Of a stretch of DNA of 64,000 nt, positions 49,490 to 61,465 are shown one piece after another; positions within the stretch are counted from its first letter, which is position 1; each line of letters opens with the position of its first letter. The position numbers were made by a program, and so were the translations under genes. The DNA is taken from the NCBI GenBank assembly GCA_043228905.1, contig JBHGNT010000001.1, positions 8,308,001 to 8,372,000 of the forward strand, written 5' to 3'. Source of the stretch: Azolla caroliniana. Its lineage: Eukaryota; Plantae; Polypodiophyta. The notes under the pieces were generated by a model. It was not told where the DNA came from. It did no database searches and saw only the letters and a list, made by a program, of their open reading frames with translations.

Positions 49490-52215
49490 TATCACGAAAA
49501 TCCGCGAGTACGTGTCGAAAAGGGGCGGGACCACGAGGGTCTTGGACTAGGGAGTAAGAGGATGGAGAGAAGCTTGGGAGTTCAACCGAGAAGGAAGAGA
49601 AAGATTAAGATTCAAGAGATTAAGATCTAAACAAGACAAGATACATTATGGAAAGCACCACACCAATTCCAACCATGGTCATGTAGGCCGAATGTAAACC
49701 CTCTAGATGAAACCCTAACCGGATAGGGGAAAAGAAGAAGAAGAAGAAGAAGAAGAAGAAGAAGACAAATGAAACCCTAAAACGAGATCCTAAAACCCAA
49801 AATTTTGAAACCCAAATGGCAACCCAAAGAAACCCAAAAAGTGGAAGCCCCTAAAAAATGGTCCCTCACTCCCTTTTATAGTAGTAAGGGGTGAGGCACA
49901 TTACATAAAGAGCAGGTCAAACCCCCCTTCTTTCAATGGGGGAATATTTGGCCTTGATCTTAGGAGGAGAGATTGATGGGGCCTTAACTCCCTCTCCTCA
50001 CACACACACACACACACACACTATGCCCACTACTCACTACATCCGTACTTCATGTACTCTCCCTTTAGTCTACATGTGCCTGTGCACATAAGTGCACATC
50101 ACATTTACACTTTATAAATTTTCATAGTGCACTTTTAACACCTTACATTTACCCTTCCTTTTTTACATTTTCTTCTTTTACAAATCTTCCAAGTGCATGT
50201 GCAATGTTGCACATCCCCATTTTATTCATCCCACTTGGTTTTCTCACCATGACTGAAAATCCTCACGACATCCACCCCCACCAAACCGCACATCCACCGG
50301 CATGTGCCAAGAAAGGGAAAGAGGTGAGATTTTCGGCAATGGTGACTAACCAAGTTCTGCCGCTTCCTCGTTGGCCTTGCCTGACTTCGTCTTCCATTTC
50401 GAGCATGCTCGTCCTTTCCACACGATCCACTGTATCAGCCACCCGTTCCCGAACTGTCAGCTCCATCCGATCCTCCATAACTGATGCTCGCGCCTTCCTC
50501 CCCCGACGGTCGTAGTAGACCTCCCAGACGATGTCCCCAATCTTATCACTCTTCCTTCATCCACCGTGCATGTCATCCGATTGGACTCCCGACCACTCCG
50601 ACCGTATGTCAGATATTGCCCCTCGCGTACCACCTTCGTTCCTCCTTTGGCTCTCGTTACCGCCTCGTCTTGATGCACACCCTCTCGGCCCACTCGGGCC
50701 CAAACACCCTTCGGGATGTTGTGTTTGCTCTCCCCGGTGCGTAGCCCTTCGTTCTCCACGCACCTTCGCTGTTTCCCTAGACACGACCCTCCGCTTATGC
50801 CGATCACGCTCGGCTCGTTCCGTTGATCTCGGCACCTTGCCGCGCCGTTTTTCTTCCCGTACTTGCCTCTCAAAGGCTCGACCCGACTGCTATCGTCGGT
50901 CACTCGTTGCGGCTCCTCTAGGTGCATGCTTGTTTCTTGGCCCTCGAGCGACCGTAGTGCATGCTTCATTTTTTGCCCTTCACTCGTCGTAGTCCCAACC
51001 TTCGTGTCAGACTCTCCCCCCTTCATTGCCATCATTCCGCACCGGATACATGCTTCGGCATCGTCATCCACTTCGATCTCCAACTCCTCGCCGCCACCCA
51101 CCATCTCTTCAATCTTATCTTGGCAATCGGGCGCAATCGCCGTAGTCTCCGGCACTGGTGTGGAGGGATCTCGCCTCTATCCGCTACAATCTTCCTCATT
51201 CTCCTTGTCGTCGTCTCGGTTGCCCGCTTTGCCGCCGCCACCTCTTGTCTCTCCGGTCTCACGTGGGCTCTCATGGCCAACCGCCGAAGTCTCTAGAACC
51301 GATGTGAGCAAGGTCTCGGCACCATCGCTCATCGATGTCATGTTCGTAGCCACCTCCACCCGGACGTCGTTGTCCGTGGCTACCCCGTCTCCGTTCACGC
51401 AAGCCTCGATTACGCTTGCGTCCTCCTCGCTTGATGTTTCAGGCAACCGTGTCCCGAAACTTCCACCCACTCTCGAAGTGGCGCTCATTGTCCCATCGTC
51501 CCCAGCTTTATCCATGGGCGTCTCTTCACCGAAAGACGAGAAGGTCGCTCGCTCCGCACCCTCTCCCATGTCACCGTTATATGATCTTTCGGCCTCAACA
51601 TAGGCCCGCCCCGTCCTCCATGCGTAGACGGTAGGGAGGTGTCTTCCTCCGCGTCCTCCGATCCTCTTGGACCCAACTCCTTAATAAACCCCTCTTTGGC
51701 TTCACGATCTCGTACGCCTCCTGTATCAATGCTTCTAGGTCAAACTCCTCCGAACCATTACGCGTTGAGCTGTTTTCTAGTGATAGTGCGTAGTCACTCA
51801 CCACCCTCTCTTCCCCATTGCTCGCGGGCCGTGTTGTGGCCGATCGTTTCTCATCGTGTTGCTGGCATACCCACTCCACATCGGACCAATCGTCGGTGAG
51901 GCCATGTGCTCCATGATCATCTTCGAGCTCGAATAAAATGTCCATTCTTTCCTCCCTATGGACCGTCTTAAAAAATAGGAGGACTTTGTCCACCCCCACC
52001 GATCTCCGATCCTGCTTTGAGAGTTGAGCAAAACGACACTCGGACTCTTGGAATGCTTCCATCGCGCTTCGATGGGCCTTCACCGATGCCATCCATCGAT
52101 CGAACTCATGCTGACTTCTCCCCTCTGGTTTCTTGTACCCGTATGCCTCCAATGAAGCTTTCATCCTCGTCCTCCCTTGCCGCCCTTCACGTTGGGTTCA
52201 CAAAATATATCGCAG
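49490..52215 (-). mobile_element. Non-autonomous Gypsy derivative D (3' LTR 49490-50270, ~1.9-kb internal region without RT, Trp PBS; 5' LTR cut by element F)
   Basis: PPT ggtgggggtgga next to TGTCGTGAG; gag N-terminal homology (DKVLLFFKTV...GLTDDWSDV vs SRVLLFVKSV...GLTTDWAAV in B); PBS at 52203-52186. Confidence 0.8.
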
Positions 52216-53245
52216 AGTCGTGAAGATCCGTCACTAGGTGCGGATTGTGATGCGGAACCACCGGGGTCCTAGACCAGAAGGATTCGAAGTTTGCACTAGC
52301 TTTAGTGAGAAAGTATTTAAGATAGATTGAAAGATAGAGAGATTAAGATAAAGATTGAACGCTTGACTTTAGATTTGAGAGACAAGATATATCAATAGGA
52401 TAACGAGTTTTCTTATTATTTTCCCCCAAAATTTACATTCCAATTATTTTTACCTTGATTCCTCCACTCTTTTATAGATGCCCTCATGCATATGGTGTAT
52501 GTGAGGGTGCAAGACATGCACGGAATGCATGAAATGCATGCTTGCCATGTCATCATCTAAGCTCTCATGTATGAGAATTACATGTAAAAGTATAGTGATA
52601 AAAAATATATCACTAAAGAGATGATTTGGCTTAATGGTAAACCTATAGACTCTCAACTTGGAGGTGCAATGTTCAAGTCTTGCATACATCCCTTTTTAAA
52701 GCACAAAATACTATTAGGCTTTTGGTCTTGTAATTACACCAAATATTTTTAAGACGCCATGCATTGCGATCAACCGATCCGTCCGATTTGCACCCGGTTC
52801 GGTTTGCATCCCTAGTCGGTTTCGTCACCGACCGGTCGCCGCATCCCAAGCCAATTCCGTCATCGGCTAGTCACCGGTTGCTGGATGTTAGCCGCCTCGC
52901 CGGCTACCGCCGGTCCGGTTTTGGTTGGCCAAAACCTTTGCAAGTAGCTAGGCCACACCCATTCATTTGATTAACTTAGTTCAAGTCACCTTGAACTCTC
53001 TATGCTCCACACATAGACACAAAATAATAACTTTTGACTTTGATTTATATATTGTAGGATCCTTGTTTGTCCTATCTATGTGGGACATCTCATAGGTTTC
53101 TTTTTCTTTTTTCGCAACTTTATACCCACATAACTTCACACTTAGTTGACCGTTTGTTATGTAGCAAAGTGTATTTAAAAGCTCTTCAAGACCTCCATAT
53201 TTTTGTACAAAGATATTAAACTTATTTAAAATAGTATCTTTACTA

Positions 53246-53885
53246 TTATTGTTTTATATTTCGTGAGAAGAACCATACTCGATTTCATATGTTCGTCACA
53301 AGTTTCACACTATCGTCGAAAATCTTCACGACATCCACCCCCACCAAACCGCACGTCCTCTGATACGTGCCAAGAAGAGAGAGTGCGAGATTTCGGCTAC
53401 GGTGATCAATCAGATTCTTCCACGTGCTCATTCACATCCGTCCTATTATCTTCATCGTCGAGGTGATCGAGGTCAGGATCCTCGTCTTGTCTTTTCTTGA
53501 AAATCTTTACTCTTTTCCCCACAATGGGTACGACCAACCTTGATCTGTCTAGCTCCGCAAGGTGGTTATTGTTTTATATTTTGTGAGAAGAACCATACTC
53601 GATTTCGTATGTTCCTCACAAGTTTCACACTATCGTCGAAAATCTTCACGACATCCACCCCCACCAAACCGCACATCCTCCGGTACGTGCCAAGAAGAGA
53701 GAGTGCGAGATTTCGGCTACGGTGATCAATCAGATTCTTCCACGTCCTCATTCACATCCGTCCTATTATCTTCATCGTCGAGGTGATCGAGGTCAGGATC
53801 CTCGTCTTGTCTTTTCTTGAAAATCTTTACTCTTTGCCCCACAATGGGTACGACCAACCTTGATCTGTCTAGCTCCGCAAGGTGG
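53246..53885. repeat. 320-bp tandem duplication spanning the integrase end, PPT and LTR start of element F
   Basis: 53246-53565 and 53566-53885 are nearly identical. Confidence 0.92.
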
Positions 53886-53923
53886 TATGTGGCATTATCG
53901 TTGGCACTTGTCACCACATACGG

Positions 53924-54898
53924 TGTCGTGAAGATCCGTCACTAGGCGCAGATCGTGAGGCAGAACTGTCGGGGTTCTGGATCGGAAGGATTCGAAGTTT
54001 ACTCTAGTTTTCGCGAGAAAGTATTTAAGTTAGATTGAAAGAGAGAGAGATTGAGGTAAGATAGAACGCTTGATTTTTGATTGAGAGAGATATTAAGATT
54101 AAACTCTTGACTTTAGATTTGAAGAATAAGGTATATAATCAAAAGAATAACGAATTTTCTTCTTAATATTAATTTTGATATAAAGTACAAAGCTCTTGAT
54201 AAGAATTTTACATTACCTTTCATCTTTTTCCTCCCCTCTTTTATAGATGCCCTCATGCATTTGAGGGTACAAGACATGCATAAAATGCATGTTTGCCATT
54301 TGGCACTCATGTATTACATGTGGTGCATGATAACCATGTCACTCATTTTAGCTCTCATGTATGAGAATTTACATGTAAAGTTACAATGATAAAAATATAA
54401 TTCTAAGAAAATGTGTTGGCTTAGTGGTAAGCCTATTGACTCTCAACTTTTTTAGGTGCGAGGTTCAAATCCTTACTTTCCCTCCTTGTGTATATGTATA
54501 AATATTTATTTATTTATTTATCCATCTAGTCGCCGGTCGCCGGATGTCGGATCCCGGTTCCGTCGCCGGATGTCGGTTACCGTCCGGTTGCCGGTTGCCG
54601 GTTGCCACCAGCTCCATTGCCGGTTCGGTTTTGGTTGGCCAAAACCTTTGCAAGTAGCTAGGCCACACCCATTCATTCAATAGCTTAGTTCAAGTCACCT
54701 TGAACTCTCTATGCTCCACACATAGACACAAAGATAGTAGCTTTTGCTCTACCTTATATATGGTGAGATCCTTATTTCCTGTCTATGTGGGATATCTCAT
54801 AATTTTATTTTTCTCTTTGTCTTTGCAAACTTCCTACCCACATAAGTTGACACTTAGATGTATGTTTCTTATGTAGTAAAGTGCATCAGAAAGCTCTT
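53924..54898 (-). mobile_element. Truncated solo LTR related to the element F LTR, inserted in the F integrase
   Basis: Starts tgtcgtgaagatccgtcactagg like 52216; shared internal blocks (gccaaaacctttgcaagtagctaggccacaccc); preceded by ACGG; other end deleted. Confidence 0.82.
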
Positions 54899-55641
54899 GC
54901 GAACTTTCTTGTTGTACTGTGTTGATTGTCAACGTTGTTATCATAGACCAATACCCAATCTCCTTCTTCGATCTTCTTGGGACGCAGTCGATGCGTATTG
55001 TCGAACCGAATTTAGTTCTTCACTTGGGCTGCCTCCATCATCTTTCGTGCTTTTTCTATATCTTCAAGTCTTCCTTCAAGTTGCCTTATCCGTGCTACCA
55101 ATAACTCTTCTCGGCTCATCTTGTTCTCCCATGGTATCGCTACCCATGAGGCAATCATCCTTTCGATGGGCATTACCAGCTTTTGTCCATACATAAGCTC
55201 CGTTGGCATATACCTTGTCACTGAGCTATGTGTTGTTCTGTCAGCCTACAAGGCATAGCGCAATAGTCGTGTCCAATTCCCGACTCGACTATTGCATGAT
55301 CGTACGATGGCTTTGACGATAGGTCCATGCCCTCGCTCGATCTTCCCATTCGCTTCTAGATTGTAGGCAGTCGTGAGGGAGAGCTTCACACAGTCATTCG
55401 AAAAGCTCTGTTGCTTCGTGTGCATCCAACTCCCCTTAGTCGACGACTATCTTTCCCACACATCCTTATCAGCAGACAACCTCTTCGAGTAGAAATTTGC
55501 AAACAGCCGACGTCGTCTTATTTGTCAAGGCCCGTCCTTCCATTTGATTTGTCAAGTCTTCTCTTGCCAGAGTTAAGTACTTCATTTGTCCCACTGCCAT
55601 TGGCATTGAGACCAGATTCACCATCCATTTGAAGTGTATGG

Positions 55642-56533
55642 TGTTGGGAGACAGGTCCCTCCAGATGGGAAGAGAGAAGAACAGTGTCGATGAACAAACT
55701 CGACTACAGAGAGCCGGATGACGCAGACCCGGTGAGAACCGGATGAGGAGTACCCGGCTACGAAGAGCCGAATGACGCAGACCCGGTGAGAACCGGATGA
55801 GGAGTACCCGGCTACGGAGAGTCGGATGACGCAGACCCTGTGAGAACTGGATGAGGAGTACCCGGCTACGGAGAGCCGGATGGTGCAGACCCGGTGAGAA
55901 CCGGATGAGGAGTACCCGGCTACGGAGAGCCAGATGACGCAGACCGGGTGAGAACCGGATGAGGAGTACCCAGCTACAGAGAGCCGGATGGTGCAGACCC
56001 GGTGAGAACCCGATGAGGAGTACCCAGCTACGGAGAGCCGAATGGTGCAGACCCGGTGAGAACCGGATGAAGAGACATATTCGTAAATATGTTTCTGAGA
56101 GCCCATAGAGGCTATATTTGTAAATAGCCGAAAAGTCATATTAGTATAAATATGACTTAGGGCAAACTTTTAGTAAAGACAGTAGTTGTTGTCATTTCTT
56201 GTTGGTGCAAGAAGAAGAGAGAGCACATAACAGTGTACAGAGAGAGAGAGAGAGGAAGAGGTTGTAGCCTCAATTGTAACCGCCGCCTGTGGCGAAGATC
56301 GTGAGCACGAGGTCGTTGCCTCCGTGAACTCACTGTTTGTACATTTCAACATAGTGATAGTTTGCAGCCTGTGGGCTGCCGTGGTTTTTTTCCCTTAGTT
56401 TGAGTTTTCCACGTAAACATCATGTGTACCTTTTCTCTCCTTTGTGTCGTGTTTTCGTTTCCTTTTTTCTGTGTATGATTCTAAGCTCGGTTGTGGCCGA
56501 GCGTTGTGCATAAGGAGCGTTGAGTTCCCGTCA
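55642..56533 (+). mobile_element. Solo LTR (family H) with ~7 copies of a 54-bp tandem repeat, 5-bp TSD TATGG
   Basis: TGTTGG...CCGTCA; TATGG at 55637-55641 and 56534-56538; splits the integrase motif TYPLTI|HFKWMV. Confidence 0.93.
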
Positions 56534-58693
56534 TATGGTGAGCGGGTATGTCGGTTGTAGCTCATCACGATGACGTATATTCGAATGTACTTGGCATGTT
56601 TTGCATGTGGACACAAAATGGAGTACATCTTTGTACATTCTTGGCCACAAGTACTTCTCCTTCAACTTCTCGAACGTCGCCCATGTTCCTCTATGACTTG
56701 CCCATGCACTCTCGTGGAATTCGGTCATTAGCGTCACTTGCTCTTCTTTCTTCACCACCACTCAATGTGGTATTCATGTCCTTCTTTTTGGGTGTCACCA
56801 AAGGAATCATCCCTTCAAGAAGTATTGTTAAGCTTTCTTTCGTATTCGTAGGGACTCCTCCTTTGTCAATGAAGCATCTGTCATCATTGTTCTTAGGAAT
56901 TTGCTGATTAGTAACCACTCCCCTTCGTACTCGTCCTCGTTGAAGGTGTGGAGGGTTAGCGTGCCCTTGTCTTCTGCCGATAGTCAAGCCATCTTGAAGA
57001 AGTCGAGGGTGACATCTTCATCTTCCGAAACCATGTCACCTTCATTCTCAAATCTTGCCCTCGACAGCATGTAAACCATGGTGTTCTTCTTTCCTACAAT
57101 GTGGCAGATCTCTGGGTTTAAAGATTTAATATAAGTGATCCACCTTAGCATAGCTAGATCTGGTGTCACACATCCTGAGATCATCTCGAGGATTGGGAGA
57201 CAATCTGTCTCAATTATCAGTTCCGACCCGATCAGAGTCTTTGTCCGTCTTCACTGCCGACACAATACCCCAAAGTTCCCGCTTGACTTGGGTGTATCCT
57301 CGGATGGCATACCGCGCATTATCTTCTCCTTCTTGATTGATGACCCACCCAATTCCGGTTGGGCTCGTATCTACAATCACATAAATTGGCTTCCCTTCGG
57401 TATAGTCGGCCTTTCTTAGTGTTGGAGCTTCAAGAAGTAGTTTCTTCAATCTTCGCATCGCGTTTGTATGCTCGCTTCGCCATTCGAACTTCATTCTTTT
57501 CTTTAGTAGTCCATATAATGGCTCGACGACATGAGCATAGTGCGAAATCTAGATATGATAAAACACGCAAGCTCCAAGGAACCTTCGAACCTCCATTTGG
57601 TTTATGCATTCTTCTTTCATGTCCTGGATCGCGTTCACCTTGGATGGCGAAGGCTTTCGACTGTATGCTCCACACAAGTGACCTACCACCAAGATCTCCG
57701 GTTGCCTGAATGCAGATTTTTCTCCTGAAAATGTCAAATTCGTATGATCCACGACGAACTTTCTACACCCTTCCTTATCTTTCGATTCATCTTTCTCCTC
57801 ATCCGAACATCCTTTTATCGGAATATCATCCAAGAATGGCATCGTGATGTCCGAGATGCAATCCTTCAAGACCTTGTTCATGGCATTCACCATATGAGCC
57901 ACCGAGTTCGTTGCACCTTGAGGTAAGGTACACATCCGCACGAGCCCGATCAGAGTCCTCATGGTCGTAATGTCACGATTGTCGATTTCCAACTGGGATT
58001 GGTCATATCCAGAGTAGAGGTCGCCAATGGAGTAGATGGACCGGCCCGCAAACGCCTCGGCAAATTCGTCCACACTCGGACCGATTCCAACATTTCGAAT
58101 TGTCACCTTGTTGACGGGTTGAAGATCTTGGATGAAACGCAATGATCCATTCTTCTTCGGCACCGTGAACCACCTATTAGAGTAAGGAGCATTCAATGGT
58201 TCCAAAATTCCCATATTCACCTTCTCCTTTAAGAGCTCGATCAGCTTCGGTAGATGTGCTCTCAGAACTGGTATCGGTTTCAAATTCCAAGGCACATGCC
58301 ACACCGTGAAGATTACCATCGGCTCTATCGTCCTTGGATCAGCACATCCGATTTCTCGTGGGAAAAATGCGAAAGCCTTCCCATGTCTCTCAAGCATGTC
58401 GCGAAACATTCACTCCTCTTCAGGGAGAAGGAAATCCTCCCTTCCAATTCGTTGCTTTCCCTTCGTCTCTTCAGTGAAGACATGACCTATTGCTTTCGGA
58501 TCCCTGAAGCTTGGATCGTTAGTGACTTCCTTCATCTTTTGCCAGCTATCTTCCAGTAGTGGAATTGCAACTGGCTTGATCCTCTTATCCATCGTTTTAT
58601 ATTTTGTGTTGATGTTAGCGTCCTTCATCAAGATGCTTCGATGATATTCATCGATGATAGCCTACATGTTGATGGAGTTAACCGAAATCACGT

Positions 58694-59929
58694 TGTCGTG
58701 AAAATCCGTCACTATGTGTGGATCGTGAGGCGGAACCGTCGGGGTTCTGGACTAGAAGGACTTAGTGCAACACGTACAACACAAGCAAGTTTTAAGCATA
58801 AGACAAGTGGGGGAGACAAATCATTTGTTTATTGCAAAAGAAAATCGATTCTTTATAATTTTAGAATCGTGTTACAATGGGTTGGGTATGGAAATGAGAG
58901 ATTAGTTTTTCAAAGAAAGGAGTCAACAACCATGCAAGGAGTGGTCTGATATGAATACGAGAGATAATTTTTTACAAGAAAGCTCAAGTAAACAAAGCTA
59001 AGAGTTTGATATCAATATGTGAGATAATTTTCTTCTCGAATCCGAGAGGGAAGAAGAAAGAAGGGGAAAAAAACAGAAAAAAAAAACTAGGAGGGAAAAA
59101 ATGGGACATATATCAAGCTCCTCGTTGATCCTCCTCCCCAATGTTACTTTGCAGGCCCACTTTTAGTCGGATGGCCTCTATTTTTAGTTGCATGGCCTCT
59201 GCTTTTAGTCGCATGCTTCCATTTTTAGATGCATGCCTTTTTACTTTTAGTTGCATGGCCTTGGCTTTTGGTTGCATGCGATTGTTCGTATAATTCGGCC
59301 AAATGACACAATCATCCATAAAGTTTAGCCCGTGCGCAATCCGTACGTGCGTCGCAACCAAACTGTAGACGCGTCAGCGCGCAAAAGTCTTGACCACGTA
59401 GTAGTGTACGCATCCACACATGCGCATGTCCCGATCGCGCCGTAGTGTACGCATCCACGCGCACGCGAGTCCAACCCGCACCGTATACGCATCTGCGCAC
59501 AAAAGTCTCGTCCACACCAAAGTGTACGCATCCACGCATCCGCACCGCACATACGCGTCTATCTAAAACATCCACGCGGCCATTTAGACGCGCATACGCC
59601 TGAAGCGTGCACACCACATAGTGTAGCCCAAGTCACCTTAAACATCCTATGCTCCACACATTAATAGAATAAATATGTTTTGGTTTCCCTTATATATTCT
59701 GGGTTCCAATGTTGTCCTATCTATGTGGGATATCTCACAATTTTGTCTTTTCTTTTCTTTTCTTCAAACTTCACACTCACATAACTTGATACTTGTTTAT
59801 CCGTTTTATGCATAGTAAAATATGCTATGAAGCTCTTTAACACATCTATCTTTCCATATCCATATATTATGCTAATCGTAAATAATTATTTTACTAGTTT
59901 TCATATCGTGTGTGAAAAACCACACGACA
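58694..59929 (-). mobile_element. Solo LTR, 4-bp TSD ACGT
   Basis: TGTCGTG...CACGACA; ACGT at 58690-58693 and 59930-59933; end shared with the 52216 and 53924 LTRs. Confidence 0.92.
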
Positions 59930-60899
59930 ACGTGTCGATCGTGAAGATAGCTCAAGTCCACGACGTCCTCAATTTCACCGATGGTGTCGTTAAATGAGGC
60001 TTCTTCCATAATACGTGTCACGAACTCTTCTTCTTCTATTATGTTTTCTTCTTTCAACATCTTCTTGAAAACTTGTATCCGACACTTGTCCTTCTTGTCA
60101 GGTAGTACCAATTTACATGCGCCACTAGGTGTGAAACATGTTGCTTCTCCTCGCAATCCATGCGCTCTATTTTCTTGTGGGGACTTGTGATTGTTCGGAC
60201 TATTTGTGCCCCATGCTTTGATAGTCCGCTCTAAAAATCTGAGGTTTCGCCTCCAAGACTATCTCGATTTCTTTCATGATTAGCTCGTACCGTCGAGAAT
60301 TGAACAGATCTTTGTTGTCAAGTCTCTTGATTCGCGGGAAGGCTGCTCCATTATCGAACACCTTGGTCTTCATCCGGGATGATGTGATATACGGTTGACC
60401 TAGGATGACAGGATGCGAAGCGGATTCTTGTACAAAGAAGTGTTGATCCATATCCACATCCCCGATGGTGACTTTAACATTTGGACAAGCTCCGTACAAG
60501 TCTTCTGTCACCTTTGTTACCGCTCAAATATTCTATCCGTGGTTTGTATTAATTGGCCATCTTCCTTTTTTGTAGAAGTCGGTCGACATGAGGTTGATCT
60601 CCGAGCCATGGTCGATCAAGGCTACCACGGTCTCTTTCTTCTCCCCGATCTTCACTGGCGTCTCCGTTGTCACTCGTGCCCAATGAGGTTGAGTATAGTG
60701 GTTGTCTACCAAATCTTCATCGACTTCGTCCCTTGCCATCGTTATGACATTTGTTTTTGCTTTTAACGGCTTCTCTTCTTCCTTATCCGATTGTTGCCTT
60801 TTCCTCTTCACAAGGTCCACAATTGTATCATGGAACTCCTTCTTCGTAATGCCGAGCAATTCCCTCAAGGAAAAGGTCACGTGGCTATCAAGAACACGT

Positions 60900-61465
60900 T
60901 GTCGTGAAGATTTTCGTCCATAGGCGGAAACCGGGTTGGAATAGGCAAATCGGTGGTGTGCACCATGTGCACATGTATACTAGGAAATGGTGTATAGAAA
61001 TAAGAGGGGAAATTCTATCCCACATTGTAAGGTCCCTCCCTCCTTGGGCTATAAAAGGAAGGGAGGGGTCACTTATGAAGGGGTTGCCTAATTTTGAGTG
61101 TGAGTGAGGTATACCACTTAGTCTAGGGTTCTCCTTCTTCCCATTTCGCTTTAGGGTTAGGGTTCGCTTAGGGTTTTCTTATTCTTCTTCTTCCAACTAA
61201 TTCGCTTACAGTTTCATATATCGTGGGGTGCGGCCTATGCGGCCACGATTATTGTAATCATTCATTTCTTAATAGAACTTCTTGTTGAGCATCTTGACTC
61301 CATCTTCTTCTTCTTCTTCTATCATAATGTCATATTCGTTCTCTTCTCCTCTTGAGCTATGAGCTAATCTTCCATTCGTTGTCTTAACCTTTCTCCTCTT
61401 CTCCCTAGTCCAAGACCCCCGTGGTTCCGCCTAAGATCTACACGTACTCACGAAACTTCGCGACA
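60900..61465 (+). mobile_element. Solo LTR, 4-bp TSD ACGT
   Basis: TGTCGTGAAG...CTTCGCGACA; ACGT at 60896-60899 and 61466-61469; removal restores gag CEERVLDS; TATA box near 61050. Confidence 0.93.

Noticed and set aside
55700-56075. Regular repeat array and 18-aa repeat ORF, superficially CRISPR-like or protein-coding
   Set aside because: No unique spacers and no cas genes; it is a tandem array inside a TSD-bounded solo LTR
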